The notes beneath the pieces are model-generated. The model saw only the letters and a list, made by a program, of their open reading frames with translations. It was not told where the DNA came from and did not search any database. A program made the translations under genes and the position numbers. Of a DNA stretch of 64,000 nucleotides, positions 13,160 through 24,265 are shown one piece after another. Position 1 is the first letter of the stretch. The number at the start of each line of letters is the position of its first letter. The stretch is from Camelus dromedarius (lineage: Eukaryota): assembly GCF_036321535.1 (NCBI RefSeq), contig NC_087436.1, positions 17,546,001 through 17,610,000 of the forward strand, given 5' to 3'.

Positions 13160-14602
13160 CTACAAAATAATCTGCTGTACAAAGAGGGAATGGGCGAAGA
13201 GGGCACAGCCCTTTCCAGGTCTGGCCACTCCACCAATCACAGGTTGTGAATATACACAAGATGCAGGGTGCTGTCACTGCCAGTGGGGTTTCTTCTCCAC
13301 TCTCCATTTCCTCCAGCATAAATGGTTTCATATGAGTCCCTTGTCCAAGTCTGGAGTGTAATTTTAAATTCATTCATAAATGTGAGCACCTTATGTCTCA
13401 GTTTTAGGCGTTACCTAAAACTGAACGTACCAGCTCAAGGGGCGACGTGGCATATATTACAGGACAAAGTGAGATGACTATTTGGGACAGAAACTACATC
13501 AAATCCTTCATTTTTAATATCCCCTTATTTTTTTTAAAAGCATGATCATGTTATCGTCTCTTTTTCTTGTTTAAATTAAACTTGACGACTACTAGTTGGT
13601 CTTAAGGGAATTTTTAAGTACTGTGAAATTAAAGGCAAATTCAAAAAGAAAAATTTTCAGGTGGAAGTTAAAAATATGGAAGCATTCTCTCATTAATAGA
13701 GACATGAAATTTAATTCAAATTTTTTCTTGACTTGTTTTACCTTCTTTAACATTATAGTAGATTGCCCATAAGCTCAGACTCAGGATCTCAGAGAGCCTA
13801 CACAAAAGGCTGTTTTGCAGTGCCCATAAAGCTGCAGGGAAGGAACAAGGAATAACTGAAGCTCCAGTCTGGATACCTGCATGTCATGTTTTATGGGGGG
13901 CATCACAATACTCTGCACCAGGAACATCAGAGATGGCTAAACAGTGAGAGAATAAGAGCAATGGCCTAGTTGTGATGCTCGGAATAGGAGAAAGAAGGTA
14001 AGATAAAATTTTTCAGTGACAGATAGACACATAAAATCCCTTTGAAAAAATAACCATCTGATAAATAAAACCGTGTATAGCTTTTCCCAAAAACCAAGAT
14101 TTGATAATATATTTAATCATTCATTTATTTGAGCCCTATCAGGAAGAAAGAGGTACGTCCCAATAATATTTATTTCAAAAAACCAGTTCAGCTTTTTACC
14201 CCCTGTAGGTATTATAACTCTTCTCTGTACGTGTTGCCTTTAGCATGGCAAGAAAAAAGTCTTCAATATCCTCATTTAAAAATATTTACATCTTGCTCTC
14301 TAGGATGCTGTCATTTTCATATACCCACCATTAAATGACCACCGCACCCCCAGTTCTTTCTTCATTTTCAAAGGAAGACTGGACTGGGCTTTGTTAGCAT
14401 TTTAAATCTATTTTTTTAAAGATAAAAAGATACCAAAAATCAACAAAAATTTTCACTGTCATATTAAAAATCACTAGTTGGTCTTAAATTTCCTGCCTTT
14501 ATATGCTTCTTTCAGGTCAGGAACTTGAGACATATTTCGAATTGGCTTTTACCCAAAGAGAACTTGAGTTAGATCAAATTCGAACAAGCAAACTGTGGTT
14601 TC

Positions 14603-14679
14603 AGAAAGAAAGAAAAGAAGGAAGGAAGGAAGGAAGGAAGGAAGGAAGGAAGGAAGGAAGGAAGGAAGGAAGGAAGGAA

Positions 14680-14773
<94 letters not shown>

Positions 14774-14775
14774 AA
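14603..14775. repeat. Compound (GAAG)16/(GAAA)23 microsatellite forming a 173-nt pure purine tract
   Basis: Counted directly from the sequence. Confidence 0.97.
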
Positions 14776-15749
14776 CTTTTCGTAACACTTTTACCTGACA
14801 ATTCACCAAAAAAGAGTGTTCATTCAAATTACTATGCAAAGACAGTATGTTGCTTTCTTAACTTTATGTATAAAAAGGGCTGAGACTGAAAAATTTACTC
14901 AGAATCACACAAACAGACAAGATGAATAAACCAAATTGGAAGATGGTCTAAATTGGACAGATCAGTCAGTTAGAAAAATAATGACAAGAAATGTGAAAAC
15001 CAGAGACTCATTCTATACGGCAGACCAGTTGGTTTCATCTAGTTTGCCACAGATAACTCTGTGTCAGCCAGCTGTCATATAAATTGGGAGTCTGTGACAC
15101 CAGGGGCCTCCAAGTGAGAATGGGGACAGCCTAAAAAAACCCTTCATTGTCTGAAAAAAACTCTAAGCACACATCTTACTAGGTCATTAGCTTTGAGTTT
15201 AAAGGAAGGTTTCTTCTCAAGATCATCTATACAAGATTCAGGAACACTGGTCCAATTATCTTTTTGATCCAGCACCGTATTCTTCATGGAAAACACTCAT
15301 AGCAGTAAGTAAATTTGTTAGACTTGATATGGTGATTTAAATGTTAATTTCCTTTATCTGTACATGTTGTTCTAATATCAGGTAACATAATATAATCATA
15401 ACAAACCGAACAGTTCATTTGCTCTAAAATTGCTGTAGATTAAGTTGAGCATGGCTTAATGTATTGAAATGACTTTTATTTTTGTTGTCCTCAGTATTTC
15501 CCTTTAGGAACAGACTGAGAAACATGTACCTTTTGCAATCCTGTATTTATAAATAAAAGGCTTTGTTACCAAGCATTAGATGTATTCCTATAAAAAAATT
15601 ACTTTTGAAATCTGTTTAAAAACAGACCTCCCAAAAGTAAAATCACATATCTAAAATATATTACATATTCATAGTATATGGATTTTTTTGTTCAGATTGA
15701 AAGTCCTGCTTAGAGGATATCTTATCTAAAATTCCGTTATGGGAGAGTT

Positions 15750-16240
15750 TGGGGTAATGAGAACAGGCACTGAATTCATCCAATCCTGGGTTTAAGTCCT
15801 AGTTGTGACTTTGAAATGTTTAATTAATCTTCAGTTTTATCATATGAAAATAAAGATAGTAATCTCTATTTTGGCAGGTTCTTATGAAGAGCTTATGCAG
15901 ATAATTATAGCACCAATTACAGGGCTTAGTCATAGGCAGTGCAGCACAGCAATTAAGAACACACAAAGTCTAGAGCCAGACAGCCTGGGTTCAAATCCTA
16001 GCCCTGCCATTTGTAAGTTGTAACCGTGGGCAAGGTATTTGAATTCTTGTTGCTTCTCCTATCTGTAAAATGGGAATGAAGATAATATCTACCTCATAAA
16101 GTTGTTATGAAGATTGTTGAATAATGAATGCAGATTATTAAGTAATACATTTGGGACAATGCCCAGCACAGAATACATAATACACAAATATTAACTGCTA
16201 GTTTTTTTTAAGGTCTAATAAATGATAGCTATTATAATGA
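15750..16240 (+). mobile_element. Two MIR SINEs, with ~15931-16205 apparently nested in an older copy
   Basis: agagccagacagcctgggttcaaatcctagccctgcca...atctgtaaaatggga...ctacctcataaagttgttatgaagatt; a second MIR body lies upstream and its tail resumes at aataaatgatagctatta. Confidence 0.82.
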
Positions 16241-17549
16241 TAAGGTGGAGGAGGAAGAGGAGGTCCAAAAAAGAAGCAGAATGTGAGAGGAGAAACAGAT
16301 CAAACAACTCCATTTCCAGAGAGCTAGAATGATCAAAAATAGCTGGTGCCACAGTGACAATATTTTAAAAAAACTCTCTCGATCCAAGTGATTCCCAGTA
16401 TCCAGAATCTGAAGAATTTTTTTTCAAATAAATCATAATTCTTCACATGCTTTGAAATTGCCCCTATTATTTAACTCATGGTCTAATATGACATTTTGAA
16501 GCTTCTTAATTCCTTATTCAAATCAAGTTTTATACTTTTAATGATCCTTTCTTTGTTCATGTCTTTATTTTTATTACAGATATTTTCCCCCTCAACCACG
16601 TTATTATCAGTTTCTTTGATGATAAGAATTCTATGTTATTCATGTTTACAGCCTACTCTGTCCCAAGCCAGGAAGAATGTTGTTAAACATATCTGTTATT
16701 AAACTTATATATGTTATTAAGCCTAAACAATGAATCACCTCCATGGCTAATGTTTTAGATTCCTGAATGTGACACATATTTTTTAAACCACTATCAATCC
16801 TTCATAAATCAAAACTTTATCTAGTGCTTTAATTAAAATTTAACTCAAATTTAACTCAGATTTATAAATCAACCTAGATGAGATTTTAGTCACCTGTGTT
16901 TAAACTTTCCTTGACTTTCACGCAAAGAAAATTAAAAAGCATCCTAACTATTCTAAAATTATAAATGATCTCTTCATGTATAACCAGTAATCCACATAAA
17001 ATCTTAGGAATTTGTATTTAATTTTACAAGGTATACAAAGACAGTAAGATATGATTGTTACAAGAAGAACTGGAAAATTGAAATAAGCAAGCTAAATGGT
17101 GTTTCTTTAGCTCAGAAATTTTTTTTTTCCAATACATCTTTCATTAGTGTTTCATTCCCATTTGTTTTGTTCTCTCCTTCAAGGATTATCCATTAACAAG
17201 GTTGGCTTTTTAATTTGTTATCTTGATCTCACTCTTTTTTTTTTTTTTTGCATAAAAGCATGCACTGGGGGGAACTCTCACAATTTCCTCTGCATCACTG
17301 ATTTGATTTTTCTCAGCATTAATTCTACATTTACTTAACTCTAGTGTGGATTTTAATTCACTTATTACATTCTCTTTAGTCTAACATATTATTTTAACAT
17401 ACGACCTCTACAACATATTATTTCCCTACAAATGTTGCCATGAGCTGAAATAAATGCTATTTTTGTTTTTTAGAATTCAAATACTAGTACTTTTAAATGA
17501 AGAAAAATTTTGTTTTTCAGAAATTTTGAAATGTGAAAAATATATAGAT

Positions 17550-17660
17550 CTTATTCATTCACCAAACAAATTTGAGCCCCTAATATATGACAGACAATAG
17601 TAACTTAAATACAAATAAGACATGTTCTCTACATCAAGATGAAATTGACAGTGGGGGAAA
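17550..17660 (-). mobile_element. L2 3' fragment
   Basis: attcattcaccaaacaaatttgagcccctaatatatgacagaca. Confidence 0.5.
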
Positions 17661-19849
17661 TAAAGGCATGAAAGAGCCTTTGGGTATAAATCTTTACTCT
17701 CACAGTCTTCAAGAATTTTGGAGGAACCACTTTCATAGTTTTACTGTGTCAAAAAGGTAGCTGTAAGTACTATTAGCGAAAAGCCAATGATTATGTAGTT
17801 TAAAAACAAAAATGAACACAATTCCCTACAACTCCAAAATGGAAAAGACATGGCAGGGAAAAGAAAGTACATCTGATAATGGAATTATGTGCCTTTAAAA
17901 AAAAAGGGTAATTGAAGCATCAAGGGAAGAAGTGCATGTGAAGGGGCTGAGAGACATGAATATTACAAAATGGACAATCCCACCAAATTAAAAATAATGT
18001 TCTGGAATACCCTTTCTCCATCCATCTATTAGCTCTAATTCTGTAACCCTTCAGAAGAAAATGGAACCACAAGAGAAAATTCCAATTACATCTCTGAGTC
18101 GAAGGCATATTCAAGTCTTAGAGATCCGACTGGAATAGCTTTATAATTAAAAGGTAATCTGGTGATGTCAGTCAGGGCGTTCTCATCATCCTGCCTTTTT
18201 CCTCCATCAAAGAAAGGAAAGAAAAATGCCTGAATGTGATACAGCTCTAACAAAGAGACGTCCAACACAGAGGAAATGCTATTTCCCCTTGACGCACTGT
18301 CATTGACCAACAAAGGGCCAACCGGAGAGGCAGGTGTTTCCTGGGGAATAGGGTAGATCAGCAAGGGGACAATCAGAGATTTAAACTGGATGATTTTACA
18401 TAGAGGTATGCATTTTGGTTTTGGTTTTGTTTCTTTTATTCCCTTGAAGAGAACCTGAAAGAGTGGCATTCCATCTAATCATTTCCTGTCCGGGTTTCAA
18501 TGAAAGTTAAGAAATGTCTTGGTCCATTTTTGTTTCCCACAGTACTTTGCAGACAGAGAAATGTTTGTGTAGAGAATTAAACTTTTGTGAAGAAGACACT
18601 CCATGGAGCATCAGACAGATCATTGAGAATATGGAAAGGTAAGCCTGTTATCTGGGGTTTGAGGAACAGGCTTCATTTCAGTCCAGGTCAAGGATGAGAG
18701 CCAACCTGCTCTTCTTCCATGGTGAGACTGCTTGAGATCAGTGTTCTCACCAGCAGGGAAAAAAGCTATGATTACAGTGTGCTGATGAACATGAATTTGG
18801 TTCCACTGAATCATGCTTAATTAAGGCATGTGTTTCTGTTGTGCTTTTTAAATTGCATCTTGGTCTTTCCCACCACTGTTTGGGTCGATGCCTCTTTGCA
18901 TGAGGATAAAGGGAAAGGACAATTCCCCTCTGAGTGGACACTGAGGTTATGACACTGCATGTCCCCATGAGAGCACCTGAGCCTTCCCAGCACTCAGGTT
19001 CCAGCAGTCAAGAAGGTGCTGAATAGCAGACATAGGGCTGGTGTAAAGCCTCATCCTTTTTCCTAGTAAACCGCTCCCTCCATGCCTTACTTCCTCCAGG
19101 GCCAGAAAAACCGCACAGCAAGACATTCCTCTCTTTGAAAACAGGCTTCAAGAAAAGCAAAAACTGTGGCTTGCTTTTCTACCACTCTGAGGCCCATTCT
19201 TCCAGATGTTTTTGGATGTAAAAATGGGAATTTTAACACTGATTGCTTAGTTCTTTTCTCTGAGGGTTAAAAGATATTTTAAAAAATGTAAAGCGTTATT
19301 AACTTTTTGATGTAAACCAGCTTTAACAACTAAAGTGCTTCCTTACTTTGAACTATGAAAAGTAGGTAAACATGTTTTTGATACTGTTTACCACTTTCCA
19401 AGAGATAGATTTAATATTATACGACCTTTAGCACTCAAGACAAATTGATCTCTTAGAGTATAACTATAATAGTATAGTATATTCCCAAAATAGCATGAAG
19501 ATAAATCCAAATTGATATGGTTTTCATTAATCAGATAATTGCTGAGACATGAGTTGATGTTTACCTTTGTGCTATCTCTTGAAAAAAGGGCTAGCTAAGC
19601 AAATTACTATGGCATGGGCAAACCCATAAGGAGACTGCTTACCTAAGTGAATCCATTTATATACAAATTATGAAATTGCAATGCATGAGTTGGCTATTTT
19701 GATACATTACTTCCAAATCATTTGTCTTTTTAGTGTAGAGCTCCCCATAGACAATACTTGGTTAACATACTATTAGTGACTGTGAGAACTTGAATAATTT
19801 AATTTCTTGAGGAGAAAAGGATTCAGATAATATTTTCTCCTTGAAATGT

Positions 19850-20030
19850 GGAGCCAGGAGATTCAATTTAAATCCTTGGGCAAGGAAGCTCTGGCTTACT
19901 GATACTCACTTGCATCATCTGAAAAGAAAATAATAGTATTTTTTTACAGTATCACTGCGGGCATTAAACTGTATGAAAAATAAAGCAACTGCCAGAGTGC
20001 CTGGAACATGGTAGTCCTAAATCAACACTT
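19850..20030 (+). mobile_element. MIR fragment
   Basis: ccttgggcaag...catctgaaaagaaaataatagta...cagagtgcctggaacatggtag. Confidence 0.6.
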
Positions 20031-21808
20031 TTTGAATAGGACTGTGAACTTTTAACTAAATCAGACTTTTTCCCAAGTATTGTAATCACTCAAGGTATTT
20101 TATTCTAGAAAACAGAAAGTTTCTCTTACTATCATCCTTCGAGAATCCTTTTAGTAAAATTCCCCTATTTACACTATTTTTCTAAAAAAAAAAAACTCTA
20201 CAGTACTCAATTAAAATATTATTTTCTAACATAGAGGGGGTTTTTTTTGTTATGAACACTACTTCAAGGGTCTTGTGACCATGAGGGGATTTACAAATAC
20301 ATACTCTAATTCCATTCCTTATACATTTACAATCCAGAACTATGAAGTTCAAGAGCATGCTGGCTTTGGAATTCCTGGGAAGGGAAGAAGAGCAATGAAA
20401 AGGTGGAGAGGATTCATTCCAGATGTCCACAAATTCCAAATGCTATGCACCATAGCCCTTCTAGAACTGTCTTCCTTTTAGTTGGGAGTAAATGACCTTT
20501 TCAGTTCGAATTATTAAATGTGGAATTCTTGAAGGCTCTAGTTTAGCTGAATATAAAGTTAGTACTTTGGTCAGGGATGGAGAATTTTAATTACTATAAT
20601 CAACACCCGTGGATTATAAGTTCCCAAACCATAAAATATTAAGAGTTTTTAAAAAATGGGGAAACATCTAGCACAACATGCTCATTTGTCGGAATGAGGT
20701 GATGGAGGCCTGGAAGTTTACCACTTTGTCAGACATCTAACGGTTTCAATTCTAGAATGTTTGCCTATTGACTAGAGTGGAAGTATCATTTAACGGCACC
20801 ATGTTTCTTTCATGAATGTAGTTCCTTGAAGACCTAGCTCTTGAGAATAGCAACCTGAAAAGTAGGGCTCTGTCTTTTTGTCAAAATGACACCATTAAAA
20901 TTAATTGGGATTCCGGTTTTACAAATGATTACAGAGGCAAGTGACACCAAAAAGCAAAGAATAAAGAAACAGTAAATACATAGAACAAGGAAGAAAAACC
21001 CTAGTTTGCATGGACATTTTATCAATTTTTAAGACCAAAAAAATTGAATTTATGAGGAGAAAGCTTCACAGCTACTCTGAGGATGTGGAAAGCGAGGAGT
21101 GAGGGTGGAGAAATGTTTGGTGGAAAACACGAAACAACCCCCTTTCCAACCAACAAACAGAGCAGGTCAGACTTCCTTTCATATTTGCCTGTTTGGGACT
21201 ATTTCAGCTTCCTACTCTGAATCTTGGGATACCTTGCCAATGTCCACATTACAAATTGAGAGTCAGAAATAAAATCTCTGGAGAAAAACAAAATATTTAA
21301 CAGAACCTGTAGAGGATGCAGCTGGTTGACCAGCCAGCACACCAAACCCATAATCTCCCTCAATTTGTTTGTTAGAGTGTTGGAGAGATTTCCGTATTCA
21401 GAGAAGGCATCTGAGTCCTCTGGGCCTGAGTGGTGAAAGAAGGAAGAAGAGATGCACTATTTCTGTTCTCATTTTAAAATCCAGCTCGGACACAGGTCCA
21501 GAGCCCATTTTGGAAATATATAACTCAGAGCTCTTAACACAGATTACTCTTGTGTTGATGTTTGGTGCCTGTTATATGCTATGTGATTATTCATTTTACA
21601 TTAAATGTCACTTCATGGTGGCTTCAGTATCTAGCAAGTCATCATGCCTGATCTTCATCTATTTCCATACACCTCCCGGAAAATGTTTTCCAAGGAGATT
21701 GAACATCTCTACAAAGCTCCCTTGGAAGTGAGTCTCTGCGCATTACTTTCTGTTCATGCGGCTTTCCAGGGGTAAATTTCATACGAGGTTGTTTTCTAAG
21801 AGGCTTGA

Positions 21809-21814
<6 letters not shown>

Positions 21815-21854
<40 letters not shown>
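21815..21854. repeat. (TG)20 microsatellite
   Basis: Directly visible. Confidence 0.97.
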
Positions 21855-21856
<2 letters not shown>

Positions 21857-22449
21857 GGTGGGTCTCTAAAGCACAACTACATGCTGAGAGATTAATAGGC
21901 TTCTCAATATTCCTCTTTCTGAAGTCAATTAACACTTTCATAGTAATTATTCTCAATAAGCAAAGAGATTGACATAGTAAAATATCAGGACTCTAAATAT
22001 TGCAATAAAAAGTAGTTTTGCAAAAACAAAAGTACTTGTAATAATTCAGCCCAAACTCTCACTATTCATAGAATTTCTCCATTCCATGAATGGAGGCACC
22101 TCCTTCATACACTGGCTCACGTCCATTTCTAAGTTAGTAGGTGTATTATTGTTGCAAGTAACACAGAAGTGCAGTCACTATGGCCTAAAATGCCAAAAAG
22201 AAAAAAAAAAAAAAGCAGGTTAATTTTATGCTGCACTTTCTCTTTTCACATCCTTCCAGAAAGTAAAGTAACCTAAATAATATCAGGATGAATTGAAGAG
22301 ACAGAAGGATGCTTCTGAAATCAAAGGGGCAATCCTATCCGAGCAGCCTAGATACTGAACTGTGTGTTATTTTGGACAAAGTAAAAACTATCCGACTTTG
22401 GCAAATGAAAGCAACTGGCATGAATATTGAACCTGCTGAAAATTCTTAC

Positions 22450-22634
22450 ATCAGCATTAAAATTCTCCTAGTTTGCTCTTTAAAAAACTCTGACTTCTGA
22501 AATGGAAGCTGAATTGTTGGAATAGGAATCCAGGTCTCAACGGTTTCTCTTCCTGTGCTGTCAGGACAACGAGATTTTCTGCCCATATTCAAGTCTGGAG
22601 ATTGACATTCTGCTGGAGGTCTGACCAAACCACT
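22450..22634 (-). other. Candidate spliced exon (185 nt), unverified
   Basis: Acceptor tctctttctgttgttttag|A and donor GAT|gtaaga; one frame is open throughout; lies in non-repeat sequence. Confidence 0.3.
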
Positions 22635-23305
22635 CTAAAACAACAGAAAGAGAATGAATACATCTCCACTGAGATCTGGTACTGACCAGTTTACCTAAAA
22701 CCCTGAGCTTTCCTTGGATTGCTTCCTGCACCACAACAAAATCAGACTTAAAATATGTTTTGTACAAAACAGCAACCCTTGCCCAAAAGCTGGATTTGTA
22801 ACCAAGAAATAAAACCTCTTCCTTCCAGAGAGTGAACCAGTCAGCTTTGTGCATGCCATTAATATCTGTCTTTTGCAAAGAAAAGTATGAACTCATTAGT
22901 TATGAATTACAACATTAACTTCCTGATTTCAATTCCAATTTCAACAGAGCTGCAATTACCAAGGGAATTATCTTAAAATAAGAGAGAGAGAGAGAGAAAG
23001 GGGGTTAAAAAATCATTTATAAATATAGTCAGGAGGACAAAAAGAGAATCTGGAGGGAAAATGAACTAAAGGCTAAGACACAAGGAAGCATGAGATATGG
23101 TTTAAAATATATAGAAAAATGTATAGAGTGAGAAATAGGATTCTAGCTCCAGCCTCTAAGATCACTGAAACATCTAGAGTTGACCATAGTCTCTCCCACC
23201 AGCAACCTTTCTCTTTACAAACAAAGAAAGCTGCTCTCAGCCATGGTCACGCTCTTTGGAAAATCTGAATAAAAAGTCTAAAGAAGTCTTCTCTGATAGC
23301 TTACT

Positions 23306-24125
23306 CTTTTTTTATTTTTTTCCCTCTTCTATTGAAATACAGTCAATTTACAATATGTTAATTTCTAGTGTACAGCATAGTGATTCATTTACACATATAT
23401 ATTCCTTTTTATGTTTGTTTTCATTATAGACCATTACAGGGTACTGAATATAGTTCCCTGTGCCATATAGTAGGACCTTGTTTATCTATTTTAGTATTTA
23501 TAAATCCCAAGCTTCCAATTTATCCCTCCCCATCGCCTTTTCTCCCTGGCAACCAAAAGTTTATTTTCTATGTCTATGAGTCTGTCTCTGTTTTGTAAAT
23601 AAGTTCATTTGAGTCTGCTTTGTTTGGGTTTTGTTTTCTTTAGATTTCACATATAAGTGATATCATATGGTATTTTTCTTTCTCTTTCTGGCTCATTTCA
23701 CTTAGTATGGTGATCTCCAGGTCCAAACATGTTGCTGCAAATGGCATTATTTATTCTTTTTATGGTTGTATAGTATTCCATTGTGTGTGTGTGTGTGTGT
23801 ATACACACACATACCACAACTTCTTTATCCAGTCATCTGTTGATGGACATTTAGGTTGCTTCCATGTCTTGGCTATTGTAAACAGAGCTGCTATGAACAT
23901 TGGGGCCCATGTATCTTTTTTAATTATATTTTTCTCTAGATTTATGCCCAGGAGTGGGATTACTGGATCATAGGGTAAGTTGATTTTTAGTTTTTTAAGG
24001 AATCTCCATACTGTTTTCCACAATGGCTGCACCAAACTAAATTCCCACCCCCAGTGTAGGAGGGTTCCCTTTTCTCCACACCCTCTGCAGCATTTATCAT
24101 TTGTGGATTTTTTAACGATGGCCAG
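23306..24125 (-). mobile_element. 5'-truncated cetartiodactyl/camelid L1 (ORF2 C-terminus plus 3'UTR)
   Basis: ORF 23760-24245 encodes the ORF2 C-terminus: GEKGTLLH...[31 protein letters not shown]...MFIAALFTIAKTWKQPKCPSTDDWIKKLW. There is a T-rich tail on the left and a possible short TSD actcttt (23304-23310 / 24127-24133). Confidence 0.93.
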
Positions 24126-24184
24126 AACTCTTTCATTCTTGGAACGATAATAATCATCCGACTCAATTCCCCAAGAGGGAAGAG

Positions 24185-24265
24185 ACTGATTCATCTTTGT
24201 ATTTCCAGAACCTAGGAGAGCAGCTGGCATACAGCAGGCTCTCAATACATGCTAGTGAGATGAAC
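24185..24265 (+). mobile_element. L2 3' end fragment
   Basis: attcatctttgtatttccagaacctag...ctggcatacagcaggctctcaatacatg. Confidence 0.65.

Noticed and set aside
14503..14883. K/E/R-rich and S/F/L-rich ORFs
   Set aside because: These are translations of the (GAAG)n(GAAA)n microsatellite
18086..18469. 127-aa minus-strand ORF
   Set aside because: No recognisable homology or convincing splice boundaries; the region is better explained as non-coding
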